NCBI GenBank assembly: GCA_016926735.1
Contig: JAFGOA010000071.1
Location: forward strand, 10,064-74,063
Origin: Promethearchaeota archaeon
GTDB lineage: Archaea > Asgardarchaeota > Lokiarchaeia > Sigyniarchaeales > SOKP01
Direction of reading: 5' to 3'
DNA: 64,000 nucleotides
Shown here: one piece after another, positions 1 through 9,458 of the stretch
Numbering within the stretch: the stretch's first letter is position 1
Layout of the letters: every line of letters starts with the position of its first letter
The notes under the pieces: model-generated
Database searches by the model: none
Told to the model about the DNA's origin: nothing
What the model saw: only the letters and a program-made list of their open reading frames with translations
Translations under genes and position numbers: made by a program

Positions 1-474
1 AAATTTACAAATAGATTCTTTCTTAGGTAAAATACAGCTATTAGAGAAAGGACAAAATAATAGATTGAGTTTCTCCTTTTTTCTATTAATTTCAAGCATA
101 ATAAGGTAAGTTAAGATATTATCCAATTCGTTTGAATCTATATTGGATTCTTTTATTGTAGATACTAATTTTCCAAAGTCATAAATTAGATTTAAATCAG
201 ATATTTGTTCCAGATTCTTTTTTATTGTATTATTTTTATCTAATTCTTGTTTTTTATTTCTTATCCTTTTAATAAAATACTCATCAAGAAAAATATTTTT
301 ACCTTTTTCAATTTCAAAAAGATAAAGCAATTTATTGAAATATTCTTCTATTATAAGCTTTATTTGGCTATTGATTTCATCCGTATTGGATTGGTTAAAC
401 TCTATCTTTAGATTTATAAATATAAATTCTATATATTCATCTAATTTTTCCTTATTTTTATTCCCATCGGTCAT
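1..474 (-). CDS. Hypothetical protein, 3' end truncated by window edge
   Basis: Not in the ORF track. ATG at 474 (minus) gives MTDGNKNKEKLDEYIEFIF..., open to position 1 (...CPFSNSCILPKKESICKF). Confidence 0.65.
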   Translation of the reverse strand, partial: MTDGNKNKEKLDEYIEFIFINLKIEFNQSNTDEINSQIKLIIEEYFNKLLYLFEIEKGKNIFLDEYFIKRIRNKKQELDKNNTIKKNLEQISDLNLIYDFGKLVSTIKESNIDSNELDNILTYLIMLEINRKKEKLNLLFCPFSNSCILPKKESICKF

Positions 475-535
475 AACTTTAGAATTACTTTATCTTTAAA
501 AATACATTCTTCTCGAATATTTAAATTTTATTTTC

Positions 536-751
536 TTATTCATAATCGAGAATATATGTATATTTAGCGAGATTAAATTTTTCAAACTTTATATCTCCAT
601 TAATCTTTTCTCTTATAGGAAATGGAATTTTAACAACATAATCATAGTCTTTAATATAATAATTATTATAGATAATTTCTTGTTGTTTATCAATATCAAT
701 GAACTTACTTAAGTAAAAAAGAATATCTTTTCTAAAAGGAATATATACCAT
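536..751 (-). CDS. Small hypothetical protein or gene fragment
   Basis: 71-aa ORF, co-oriented with the ORF at 1-474; no recognisable motif. Confidence 0.3.
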   Translation of the reverse strand: MVYIPFRKDILFYLSKFIDIDKQQEIIYNNYYIKDYDYVVKIPFPIREKINGDIKFEKFNLAKYTYILDYE

Positions 752-1013
752 AAATTATCTTTCACTCTCCCCATTTCTAATATTCTATAGGAAAATTATC
801 CGAAATTCTACTTTTTGAAAAATTAATTGGTTTTTTGTTTTTGATACATCCAAAATGATAGAAATGATATTTATTATTTTTGAAAATCGACAATAATATA
901 AAAAAATAAAAAAAAATAAGAGTGAATTAAGGTAATGAAAGATAATTATAAATTAGGATTAAAAGTCTCATTAAGTTTTAATATTAATAATACGTTTTAT
1001 GATGATATAATTC

Positions 1014-2027
1014 ATGAGTGATTGGTTTAAAGTTTTTAAGTATAATCCTATAGATCCATTATTAGAATCAAATAATGATGCAATTAAATATTTTACACGA
1101 CGAGATCTATTGGATGAAAAAGTGGATTCTATAGAAAAAATATGGGAATTACCTGAAGTTCAAAAAATTTTGAAAAAACAACAAAAAAATGGTTCATGGA
1201 AATCCAATAATCCAAACCAAAAAAAATATCCATTAGTAAATTATAATTTAATTGAAACGTGGAAGCAATTTAGATTTTTAGTTCAAATGTATCAAATGAA
1301 TAAAACCCATCCTTCAATTAAAAAAGCAGCAGAATATATATTTTCCTGCCAAAAAGATGAGGGAGATATTCGAGGAATCTTAGCAAATCAATATGCAACA
1401 TATTATACAGGTGCTTTGATGTTTTTATTAATTAAAGCAGGATATTCAGATGATCTTCGTATTGAGAAGGGATTTCAATGGTTAATCTCTGTTCGACAAA
1501 ATGATGGGGGATGGTTAGCATCTCCATTAATGTCTGTTGATCGATATCATATATCAGATTATTACATATTCGTAAGTGAACATAAAACGTTGAAAGATCA
1601 CGATCCTACAAGCCCTTCTTCTCATAATTGGATAGGAATGATTATTCGCCCATTTGCGGTTCATCCTAAATATAAAGATTCAATCATAGCAAAAAAATCA
1701 GCAAAATTACTTAAATCTATGTTTTTTAAAGCAGATCCAAATTATACATCATACCAAAAAGCAGATTATTGGATTAGGTTTCAATATCCCTACTGGTGGA
1801 ATCATTTAGTCGCAGCTTTAGATTCAATTTCTCTTATTGGTATTTCAAAGGATGATAAAGATATTGCTAATGCATTGAAATGGTTTATTACAAATCAGAA
1901 AGAAGATGGATTATGGTTATTAAATTATGCTAAAAAACAACCTAAAAGTTATTCTCTTAAAGCCAAGCAAGAACAATTATGGATAACTTTTAAGATATGC
2001 CAAATTTTCAAACGTTATTTTAAATAG
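1014..2027 (+). CDS. Prenyltransferase/squalene-cyclase (QW) repeat alpha-alpha toroid protein
   Basis: Repeated QxxxGxW-type motifs: QQKNGSW, RQNDGGW, NQKEDGLW. Confidence 0.75.
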   Translation: MSDWFKVFKYNPIDPLLESNNDAIKYFTRRDLLDEKVDSIEKIWELPEVQKILKKQQKNGSWKSNNPNQKKYPLVNYNLIETWKQFRFLVQMYQMNKTHPSIKKAAEYIFSCQKDEGDIRGILANQYATYYTGALMFLLIKAGYSDDLRIEKGFQWLISVRQNDGGWLASPLMSVDRYHISDYYIFVSEHKTLKDHDPTSPSSHNWIGMIIRPFAVHPKYKDSIIAKKSAKLLKSMFFKADPNYTSYQKADYWIRFQYPYWWNHLVAALDSISLIGISKDDKDIANALKWFITNQKEDGLWLLNYAKKQPKSYSLKAKQEQLWITFKICQIFKRYFK

Positions 2028-2411
2028 AGATTTTATCTTTCTGTTATTTTTATTAGAATATCTGTCTTGAGTTGTCTCATAATCTCTATTCATGAAATCT
2101 TCAGGAAGTGATTTAGAAAAAAGATTTTAGAAAGAGAACCAAAATTTAATTTTTTTATTTAGAGGCTTATTCAAGTTTTTTGTTATAGATGGAGTATCAA
2201 GAATATTAGCTGTATAATAATGAGAAAGATTAAATTATGAAACATTTTTAAGAAAAAATAGTGAAATCTTAGATAATTTGGATAAATTTCTTTATAGCTT
2301 TTAGGATTTTTTCTAAAAAGATCTACTCCATATATTTCACATTTTTTTGTAATAGTCATTTTATAAAAAATATCTCTAAAATATTTTTGATAATAGAGAT
2401 CTCAAAAAAAA

Positions 2412-2443
2412 AGGTTCAAAAAATGAACCTGCAATTTTATATA
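2412..2443 (+). promoter_or_regulatory. Palindromic operator next to a TATA-like box upstream of the surface-protein gene
   Basis: AGGTTCA-AAAAA-TGAACCT (2412-2430), a perfect 7-bp inverted repeat, followed by TTTTATATA (~2435-2443). Confidence 0.5.
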
Positions 2444-2521
2444 TCGAGATAAAATTTAATGAATTATATTGATAAAATATATTTTTAATGTAAAATAAGG
2501 ACAAAGTAAGGAAATCCTTAA

Positions 2522-4810
2522 TTGAATAGAAAAATGATTAATAAAAAAATATTTGGTATATTTACTTCATTGCTCATCATTATTAGTTCAGTTGCAGCTG
2601 CATTCTTTTTTTTTTCATTTTCAAATACAATCGACACAATTGACCCAACAGTGAAAATAGAGAGCCCTCATAATAATATTTATGATAACTCCACACAATT
2701 AATAAATATAACAGCATCGGATGATTTAGCTATTGATTCAATTTGGTATAATTGGAACAATACTAATATGATTTATACATCTCCGCATTACATTACTTTT
2801 AATGAAGGTTTGAACACTATCCATGCGTGGGCTAATGATTCAGCAGGAAATATTGGACATAGTTCTGTTATATTTATCATTGATACTATATCACCATTAG
2901 TGCAAATAACAAATCCTGTAAATACTACTTACAATAATGCTACACAATTACTAACTATAACGACTTCAGATAATATTGCTATCGATACCATTTGGTATAA
3001 CTGGAATGGCACCAAAGTGATTTATAACTCTCCGCATTCCATCACCTTTAATAAAGGTCTGAATACTATTCATGCTTGGGTTAATGATTCAGTAGGGAAT
3101 ATAGCAACAACTTCTGTTACATTTACTATTGATATTCCGCCTGTAATAGTTAAAATAGAGAGTCCTATTAATAAAATCTATTATAATCCTAAACAATTAC
3201 TAAACATTTCAGCATCTTCAGACGATTATACTATCGATACCATTTGGTATGTTTGGAATTGTACCAAGGTGATTTATAACTCTCCGCATTATATTACTTT
3301 TAACGAAGGTTTGAACACTATTCATGCGTGGGCTAATGATACAGAGGGACATATAGCAACAGCTTTCGTAACATTTACAATTGATGCAATAGATCCCAAT
3401 CTAACATTTACTTCTGTTTGGAATACAATATTAACAAGTTCTGGTTCCAGTAATAGCACTCAAGTTAAATTACCATTGGAATTTAGTGGAACTTATAATT
3501 TTACAGTAAATTGGGGTGATGGAAAGATAGAGTCTATTACAAGTTGGAATCAAACAGGAGTAACTCATACATATGCGCTTAGTGGCATTTATACTATTAA
3601 AATAAATGGTATATTGGCCGGTTGGAATTTTAATAATGGAAGAGATAAATTAAAATTGCTCAAAATTGCAGAATGGGGCGATTTACGATTAGGAAATTCA
3701 GGAAATTATTTTTATGGATGTTCTAATTTAAATCTTACTGCTTGTGATACATTAGGGCTCATAGGAACAACAACACTTTATCAAGCATTTAGTGAATGTA
3801 GTAAACTTGGGGATACTGGTAATATGAGCAGTTGGGATGTTTCAGGTGTTAAAGATATGAGCTACATGTTTTATTTAGATACATCATTCAATCAGGATAT
3901 TTCTAATTGGAACGTTTCAAGTGTTACAAACATGGAATTAATGTTCTATGATGCTACATCCTTTAATCAAGATATCGAAAAGTGGGATGTTTCCAATGTT
4001 CAAAATATGTTTGCTATGTTTTATTTTGCTACATCATTCAATCAATCTATAGGAGATTGGGATGTTTCCAATGTTGAAAATGTACAGGCTATGTTTTATT
4101 TTGCTACATCATTCAATCAAGACATTAGTGATTGGAATGTTTCGGGTGTTACAAATATGGCTTGGATGTTCTATGGTGCTAATTCTTTCAATCAAGATAT
4201 TGGTGATTGGGATGTTTCCACTACAACAAGAATGGATATGATGTTCTATGGTGCTAATTCTTTCAATCAAAATATTGGTGATTGGAATGTGTCAAAAGTG
4301 ACTACTATGACTGGTATGTTTTATTGTGCTAATTCTTTCAACCAATCTATAGGAAATTGGGATGTTTCTAATGTAAAATATATGTCTTATATGTTCTATG
4401 GTGCTAATTCTTTCAATCAAGATATTAGTGATTGGAATGTCTCTCGGGTTACTAGTATGAGTACCATGTTTTATATGGCATCTTCTTTCAATCAAGATAT
4501 TGGTAATTGGGATGTTTCGAGTGTTAAAAATATGGGTTGGATGTTCTATCATGCGTCTTCCTTCGATCAAAATCTTGGTAATTGGAACGTTTCTAATGTT
4601 GAAGACATGGATAATATGTTCGATGGAATTACTTTATCAACCAATAATTATGATAACCTATTAATTGGATGGTCTAAATTGACTTTGAAAAGGGGAGTTT
4701 CTTTTGATGGAGGTTATTCACACTATAGTACGGGTGAAGCATCTGATGCAAGAACGTATATTAAAGATACTTTTGGTTGGTATATATATGATGGTGGACA
4801 AGTTCCTTAA
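2522..4810 (+). CDS. Surface protein: N-terminal TM anchor, 3 Ig-like repeats, PKD-like segment, DUF285/BspA-type repeats (likely start ATG 2534)
   Basis: Hydrophobic N-terminus; 3x 'IxSPxN...IWYxWN...GLNTIHAWxND'; 'VNWGDG...THTY' PKD-like motif; 11x 25-aa 'FNQDIxxWxVSxVxxMxxMF' repeats. Confidence 0.88.
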   Translation: MNRKMINKKIFGIFTSLLIIISSVAAAFFFFSFSNTIDTIDPTVKIESPHNNIYDNSTQLINITASDDLAIDSIWYNWNNTNMIYTSPHYITFNEGLNTIHAWANDSAGNIGHSSVIFIIDTISPLVQITNPVNTTYNNATQLLTITTSDNIAIDTIWYNWNGTKVIYNSPHSITFNKGLNTIHAWVNDSVGNIATTSVTFTIDIPPVIVKIESPINKIYYNPKQLLNISASSDDYTIDTIWYVWNCTKVIYNSPHYITFNEGLNTIHAWANDTEGHIATAFVTFTIDAIDPNLTFTSVWNTILTSSGSSNSTQVKLPLEFSGTYNFTVNWGDGKIESITSWNQTGVTHTYALSGIYTIKINGILAGWNFNNGRDKLKLLKIAEWGDLRLGNSGNYFYGCSNLNLTACDTLGLIGTTTLYQAFSECSKLGDTGNMSSWDVSGVKDMSYMFYLDTSFNQDISNWNVSSVTNMELMFYDATSFNQDIEKWDVSNVQNMFAMFYFATSFNQSIGDWDVSNVENVQAMFYFATSFNQDISDWNVSGVTNMAWMFYGANSFNQDIGDWDVSTTTRMDMMFYGANSFNQNIGDWNVSKVTTMTGMFYCANSFNQSIGNWDVSNVKYMSYMFYGANSFNQDISDWNVSRVTSMSTMFYMASSFNQDIGNWDVSSVKNMGWMFYHASSFDQNLGNWNVSNVEDMDNMFDGITLSTNNYDNLLIGWSKLTLKRGVSFDGGYSHYSTGEASDARTYIKDTFGWYIYDGGQVP
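2636..3390 (+). repeat. Three ~250-bp intragenic Ig-like domain repeats
   Basis: Recurrent DNA such as 'atttggtataa', 'ctccgcatt' and 'gaacactat.catgcgtgggctaatgat'. Confidence 0.8.
3825..4625 (+). repeat. 75-bp tandem coding repeats (DUF285 type), 11 units
   Basis: 'ttcaatcaa...tgggatgtttc/tggaatgt...atgttctat' recurs every 75 bp. Confidence 0.9.
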
Positions 4811-5076
4811 AATTTTTCTTTCTTTTTTTTATAACTAATAATAGTGGGAAAATATTACAGAGACTTAAAATCTTTTATAAAGATAATAATTTATCAATAT
4901 ATTACAATCTTTAAATAATAAGTTCTGAACTTTCCTCCAATAATTTGTAATATTCAATTAAAGATTTTCTGATTGAAAAATTATTAAAATTTTTACGATA
5001 TAAATATCTAAATGATAAATTTTGTGCCGAATGTGTATATAATTTAAAAAAATACTGAGAAAAATATCTATTTCCC

Positions 5077-6123
5077 TTATAATTCGAATTCCAAGATAAT
5101 ATGTCTTCTTTCCCTTGAAGCTGCACAATAATTTATTATAAAATTAATTATTTCTTGATTATCAATATTACAAAATCCGGAAGTGTAGATAGGCATTTTT
5201 TCTTTATTTCTTTTCAAAAGAGTTGTCATTAATTGAGTCCATATAAACGGTAGTAATCCTTTCCTCCGATATTTTTTATCAATAACAATATGTTCAAAAC
5301 TTATTATTTGAGGATTAAATGGATTTGGTGCCACAAATCCACAAGCAATCACTATTTTTGTAGGACTATGAATAGTAATCCATCCCATATTATCTAAAAA
5401 ATTTCCACTAAAAAGATATTTTATAATAATTTCTGCATTTAAAAGAGTTTTTGGAGTTATTTGAGAATTTTCAGGCATATTTTCATTATGTAATCTAATA
5501 AAATCATCTTTATATTGTCCAATTTCTTTACTTCCTATCATAATAAATTCAAATTCTTGTTGAAGCTCATTAAAATTATCCATTTCTAATTTTTTTATCT
5601 CTGAAATATAAGTATCTATAATTTCTTTTTCAATAAATCTATTTTTCTTGAAAATTTCTAAATATATAGGAGGATCGATTGGCCGTGCGATTGAAAGTTC
5701 TGTTTTGCTTCCCTCTACCATGAAACCAAATCCAAATAAAATTGTAGGAATATTGATGGGACCTCGGATAGTTATGAAACTATTCTTTTTCGCATAATCT
5801 AAAATTGTTCCTAATAACAACTGAATGTTATGTTTACTATGATCATATACTCTAAAAAATCCAAAAAATAGAGTTGATTCTTCACTGTAAAGGAGTGACA
5901 TGCCAATTATACTCTCAAAATCAAAAAGAGATTCTTTATTATGTTTTTTATAAAGAATAATTGCTTTGGAATTATATTTTTCAAGGGTAAATTTAATAAC
6001 ACTTCTGAATTGAGGTAAAATGGGTATGCTTATACCTAATTGTAAAAACTTGACTATCTGATGTATAGAATCCTCAATAATTATTTTTTTCAAAAAATCA
6101 CAAAGATAACTTAATTTTTCCAA
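5077..6123 (-). CDS. GNAT-fold protein (YghO-like, probably tandem GNAT)
   Basis: 'LFFGFF', 'IRGPIN', and an acetyl-CoA motif 'IDKKYRRKGL'. Confidence 0.6.
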   Translation of the reverse strand: MEKLSYLCDFLKKIIIEDSIHQIVKFLQLGISIPILPQFRSVIKFTLEKYNSKAIILYKKHNKESLFDFESIIGMSLLYSEESTLFFGFFRVYDHSKHNIQLLLGTILDYAKKNSFITIRGPINIPTILFGFGFMVEGSKTELSIARPIDPPIYLEIFKKNRFIEKEIIDTYISEIKKLEMDNFNELQQEFEFIMIGSKEIGQYKDDFIRLHNENMPENSQITPKTLLNAEIIIKYLFSGNFLDNMGWITIHSPTKIVIACGFVAPNPFNPQIISFEHIVIDKKYRRKGLLPFIWTQLMTTLLKRNKEKMPIYTSGFCNIDNQEIINFIINYCAASRERRHIILEFEL

Positions 6124-6214
6124 AAATATATAATATAGCCATATTAGCTTAATAAAGTTTATATATTGAATTAGATAATAATAATGTAATTAATAAATAA
6201 ATAGATAATATAAA

Positions 6215-6937
6215 ATGGATTGGTCTAGATATTTTGTTGTGTTAATAACTCAGGCTCTTGCTGCCCTTTTCTTTATTATAATTATTTATAAACTTTTAAA
6301 AAGAAGAAAAGATCAATCCTCTATATTGTTAAGTTGTTTTTATTTATCATCTACTTTAGCCTTTATAATGAATATCATAGTGGTCACTTTAATATTTTCT
6401 AATAGTAATCTCGCAAACTTAATTAAAACATTTTATTTTCTCTTATCTTTTCTGATATTGTTTGGATTTGCTTTTTTAGTTATATTTATCTTAGATCTAT
6501 ATTATGTTCAATCATTAATTAAATCAATTAAAGTTCAAGTCTTTATCTTAATATATGCTATTTTCTCATTTTGTGTTTTTTATATGCCTGGTGCGTTATC
6601 ATTCATAGGGGATGAGTTCACACTTCAATATAGTTTTGAATTATCGATTGTATTGTATATCTTTTCTACTTTGACTAGTATATTGCCTTCTATAATATTC
6701 ATACAAAAAATTTTAAAATCAATAAAGCATCCTTCATTAAGGAAAAAATATAGACGATTTACGTGGGGTTTATTCGGAGTATATTTGGATTTATATGGAG
6801 CTATTTTATATAATACATGGCATAATCCTATTTATAGATCAATATGGGGCATTCTTACAACATTTATATTGTTGTCTTCTGCTTATCTGATATATATTGG
6901 AATTGGTAGAGATATATCTCCATCAGATAAATTGTAG
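6215..6937 (+). CDS. Polytopic (~7 TM) membrane protein, HisKA_7TM-like, standalone
   Basis: About seven hydrophobic segments; basic loop 'LRKKYRRF..G' before TM6. Confidence 0.65.
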   Translation: MDWSRYFVVLITQALAALFFIIIIYKLLKRRKDQSSILLSCFYLSSTLAFIMNIIVVTLIFSNSNLANLIKTFYFLLSFLILFGFAFLVIFILDLYYVQSLIKSIKVQVFILIYAIFSFCVFYMPGALSFIGDEFTLQYSFELSIVLYIFSTLTSILPSIIFIQKILKSIKHPSLRKKYRRFTWGLFGVYLDLYGAILYNTWHNPIYRSIWGILTTFILLSSAYLIYIGIGRDISPSDKL

Positions 6938-7071
6938 TATAATATAAAAAGATTTAAAGACATATTTTGCTAAAATTTATTTTTTACATTTACTATAGGA
7001 ATATCCAATCAAAACTATTCCTATTATTATGAATAGTAAGACAAAAAAATAATATTCCAAATAAATCTTAT

Positions 7072-7659
7072 CTATAAATGTTTTATTAGTTTTTCAATTA
7101 TTTTAATAACTTTATTTGCCGTTTCTTTTAGGATTTCTGTAAGTTGGAATTGAAAAAAAGGTAAGTCTTCATTGTTATTAAGTTCGTCTACAGTTAATTC
7201 ACCATTATTATATAGGATCAACTCAGTAAACCCATCCATACTTTTAGGTACAAATCCTATCATAAATACATCTAAAGGATTAATTTTTGTTAAAAGATAA
7301 TCGATAATCACATGGATAGGTACAGTATGTGAGGATATTGGAACAAGAGATTCCATATTATTACGTTCAATAATTACAATAGTACCTGGTTTTCCTTTAA
7401 AATTACATGTATCTAGGATTATAAGAACTGAGGGATTAAAATTAATAATATCATTTATTCGAGACATTGGATCTATACTTGTGTTTATAAATAAAAATCT
7501 TTCATTATTTTTATCAAGAAGTTTTGTTATTATATATGGTCCTACACCATCATCTTGTAATTTTTCTTCTCCTATTCCTAAAAAAACAATTCTTTGCGCG
7601 TTTTTAAGACGAATAATGAGTTTATCGTATAATTCATCCATTTTCAAATTACAAAGCAA
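7072..7659 (-). CDS. hycI: Hydrogenase maturation endopeptidase (HycI-like)
   Basis: 'FLGIGE...DDGVG', 'LIILD', 'PGTI', 'SSHTVP' motifs. Confidence 0.8.
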   Translation of the reverse strand: MLCNLKMDELYDKLIIRLKNAQRIVFLGIGEEKLQDDGVGPYIITKLLDKNNERFLFINTSIDPMSRINDIINFNPSVLIILDTCNFKGKPGTIVIIERNNMESLVPISSHTVPIHVIIDYLLTKINPLDVFMIGFVPKSMDGFTELILYNNGELTVDELNNNEDLPFFQFQLTEILKETANKVIKIIEKLIKHL

Positions 7660-7780
7660 ATCATTGGCAATTATTTTTACTATTTATAAACATATAAATA
7701 TATCATTATCCTTTAGAAAATGATAGGTTGATTCTTCTAAAAAAAAAAAGTTTCTTAAAATAAAAAAAAATAAAATGTTA

Positions 7781-8542
7781 CTATTTTTTACACTCGCTAT
7801 ATGAATATCCAATCAGAACAGTGCCAATTATGATTCCTATTGCATTAATAATATAAAAAATTGTGCCAAGGTCAGGAAAGGTATAGCTTAAAAAATTCAT
7901 GGTGATTCCTATCGATAATGAAACTATTCCTATGATAAAAAAATCCCATTTTTTCATAAGCCTAATATCATTTGTTTTGAAAAAAATCCTTATTCTAAAA
8001 ATATAATAGAAAGAAGGAATGATAACCATTATTGCAAAGATTAAATAATAATATAGGGCAAAAATTCCATCCCATTGAGGTTTATTATCGGTGGCTGCAC
8101 TAATATGTATCCCATGAAATATAAAGTAAGAAGGAACTGTTAAAGCAAAAAAAGTAATTATTACTAAAATTTCTACTAATTTTGTTTTTCTTTCTTTCCC
8201 ATTGAATTTTTCATATAAAAGAAGACAACCAATAGCAAGAAAGATTCCCGAACCATAAAGTAAAGTTAATGCAATATAATAAAGGATAATCATTAAGAAG
8301 TCAAATTCTCCTTGGTTATATAATCCAATTATACCATAAACAATATTTATAACCAAAGAAATAATCGCTAAAGTATAGAAAAAACTTAATATAATACTTA
8401 TATAAGTTTTACTCCGCAGTAATATTTTAAAATAAAGAATATATATAGCGATTACTATAAATATCGTATTTCCAATAAACAGTGATAATAATCTTGGATC
8501 AAAATCCATATTAATCAATACTCTTTTCAGTTTCTTTATCAA
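7781..8542 (-). CDS. Polytopic (~7 TM) membrane protein, likely paralogous to 6215-6937
   Basis: About seven hydrophobic segments; 'LMKKWDFF..G' before TM6; similar layout. Confidence 0.65.
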   Translation of the reverse strand: MIKKLKRVLINMDFDPRLLSLFIGNTIFIVIAIYILYFKILLRSKTYISIILSFFYTLAIISLVINIVYGIIGLYNQGEFDFLMIILYYIALTLLYGSGIFLAIGCLLLYEKFNGKERKTKLVEILVIITFFALTVPSYFIFHGIHISAATDNKPQWDGIFALYYYLIFAIMVIIPSFYYIFRIRIFFKTNDIRLMKKWDFFIIGIVSLSIGITMNFLSYTFPDLGTIFYIINAIGIIIGTVLIGYSYSECKK

Positions 8543-8669
8543 TAAGAATAATACTTTAGAATAAAGAATAAATTCTTTTTAAATTATAGTAATTATTAAA
8601 TTACCTTAATTTAATTCTTTTTGATTTTAGTCAACTTCATTAAAAATAGATCATATATTAGATTCAACA

Positions 8670-9278
8670 ATGGAAGATAAATCAGCAGAAAATTTAGAGA
8701 AGGTCCAAATAGAAGGATATATTAAAAAGGGCAAAGTTTTAATCACTAATATAGATGCAGTCGAGGAGTTTTATAATACATCTTATATTGGGAATTTAGA
8801 GGAATCAGAAAATGGGAATAAAATACTGATATTAGATCCAATGGAAGTTCTTCTTCTATGCGAAAGAAAAAGGATATTATTGTGGGAAGATAATGATAAA
8901 AACAAGACCCAATTTGACTTTGAAAAATTACTTACTTATTTCTCTGCTTATGATGATGATTTATGGCAAAAGTATGTTATATATATGGATCTTAGAAGAA
9001 GAGGATATATTGTTCGCTCAGGTTATGGAGAAGGAATAGAATTTCGTGTATTTAAAAGAGGTGCTGATTTTAATGAAGATTCTGCTAAATTTCTTATCTA
9101 TCCTGTGTTTGAAGGTTACCCCATTGAATTACGAGATTTAGATAAGATCTCTCGAGTAGCTTTAAGCTCACGTAAAGATTTAATTGTCGCTACTGTTGAT
9201 AGATTGAGTCGACCAATATATTATAGTGTAAGGAAATTTGAGATTCTTAATAAAGATATAAGTGGAGATAAAAGGTAG
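8670..9278 (+). CDS. endA: tRNA-splicing endonuclease subunit, probably structural (non-catalytic)
   Basis: 'LDPMEVLLL', 'YxDLRRRGYIVRSG', 'FRV', 'RVA..SRK.LIVA.VD'; catalytic Tyr and His appear absent. Confidence 0.82.
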   Translation: MEDKSAENLEKVQIEGYIKKGKVLITNIDAVEEFYNTSYIGNLEESENGNKILILDPMEVLLLCERKRILLWEDNDKNKTQFDFEKLLTYFSAYDDDLWQKYVIYMDLRRRGYIVRSGYGEGIEFRVFKRGADFNEDSAKFLIYPVFEGYPIELRDLDKISRVALSSRKDLIVATVDRLSRPIYYSVRKFEILNKDISGDKR

Positions 9279-9458
9279 AATTTAATTTTTAATATATAAA
9301 AAATACGAAATATTGGATTATATCGTGCTTTTACTAATTTTTCATCCCAAATCTTAGAATAAAATAATTTAAGATAATTATTTTCCCATTCTAATATATA
9401 AATATTTATTAATCTGACTTTTTATTAGAATTTTAAATATTTCTTTAGGTGTCTAGTT

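Noticed and set aside
2030-2230. Possible decayed gene on the minus strand
   Set aside because: Only short interrupted frames with no recognisable motif.
4292-4570. Short antisense or overlapping ORFs in the track (also 4911, 7481, 17338, 20070, 21955, 24631, 25218, 25708, 27157, 31665, 36337, 37244, 40847, 42186, 43300, 44880, 45168, 52272, 53116, 58647, 60334, 61045)
   Set aside because: Shadows of well-supported genes, with S/F/I-biased composition and no motifs.
3825-4625. 75-bp periodic repeats as a possible CRISPR array or DGR
   Set aside because: They are in-frame degenerate coding repeats with no unique spacers, no cas genes and no reverse transcriptase.
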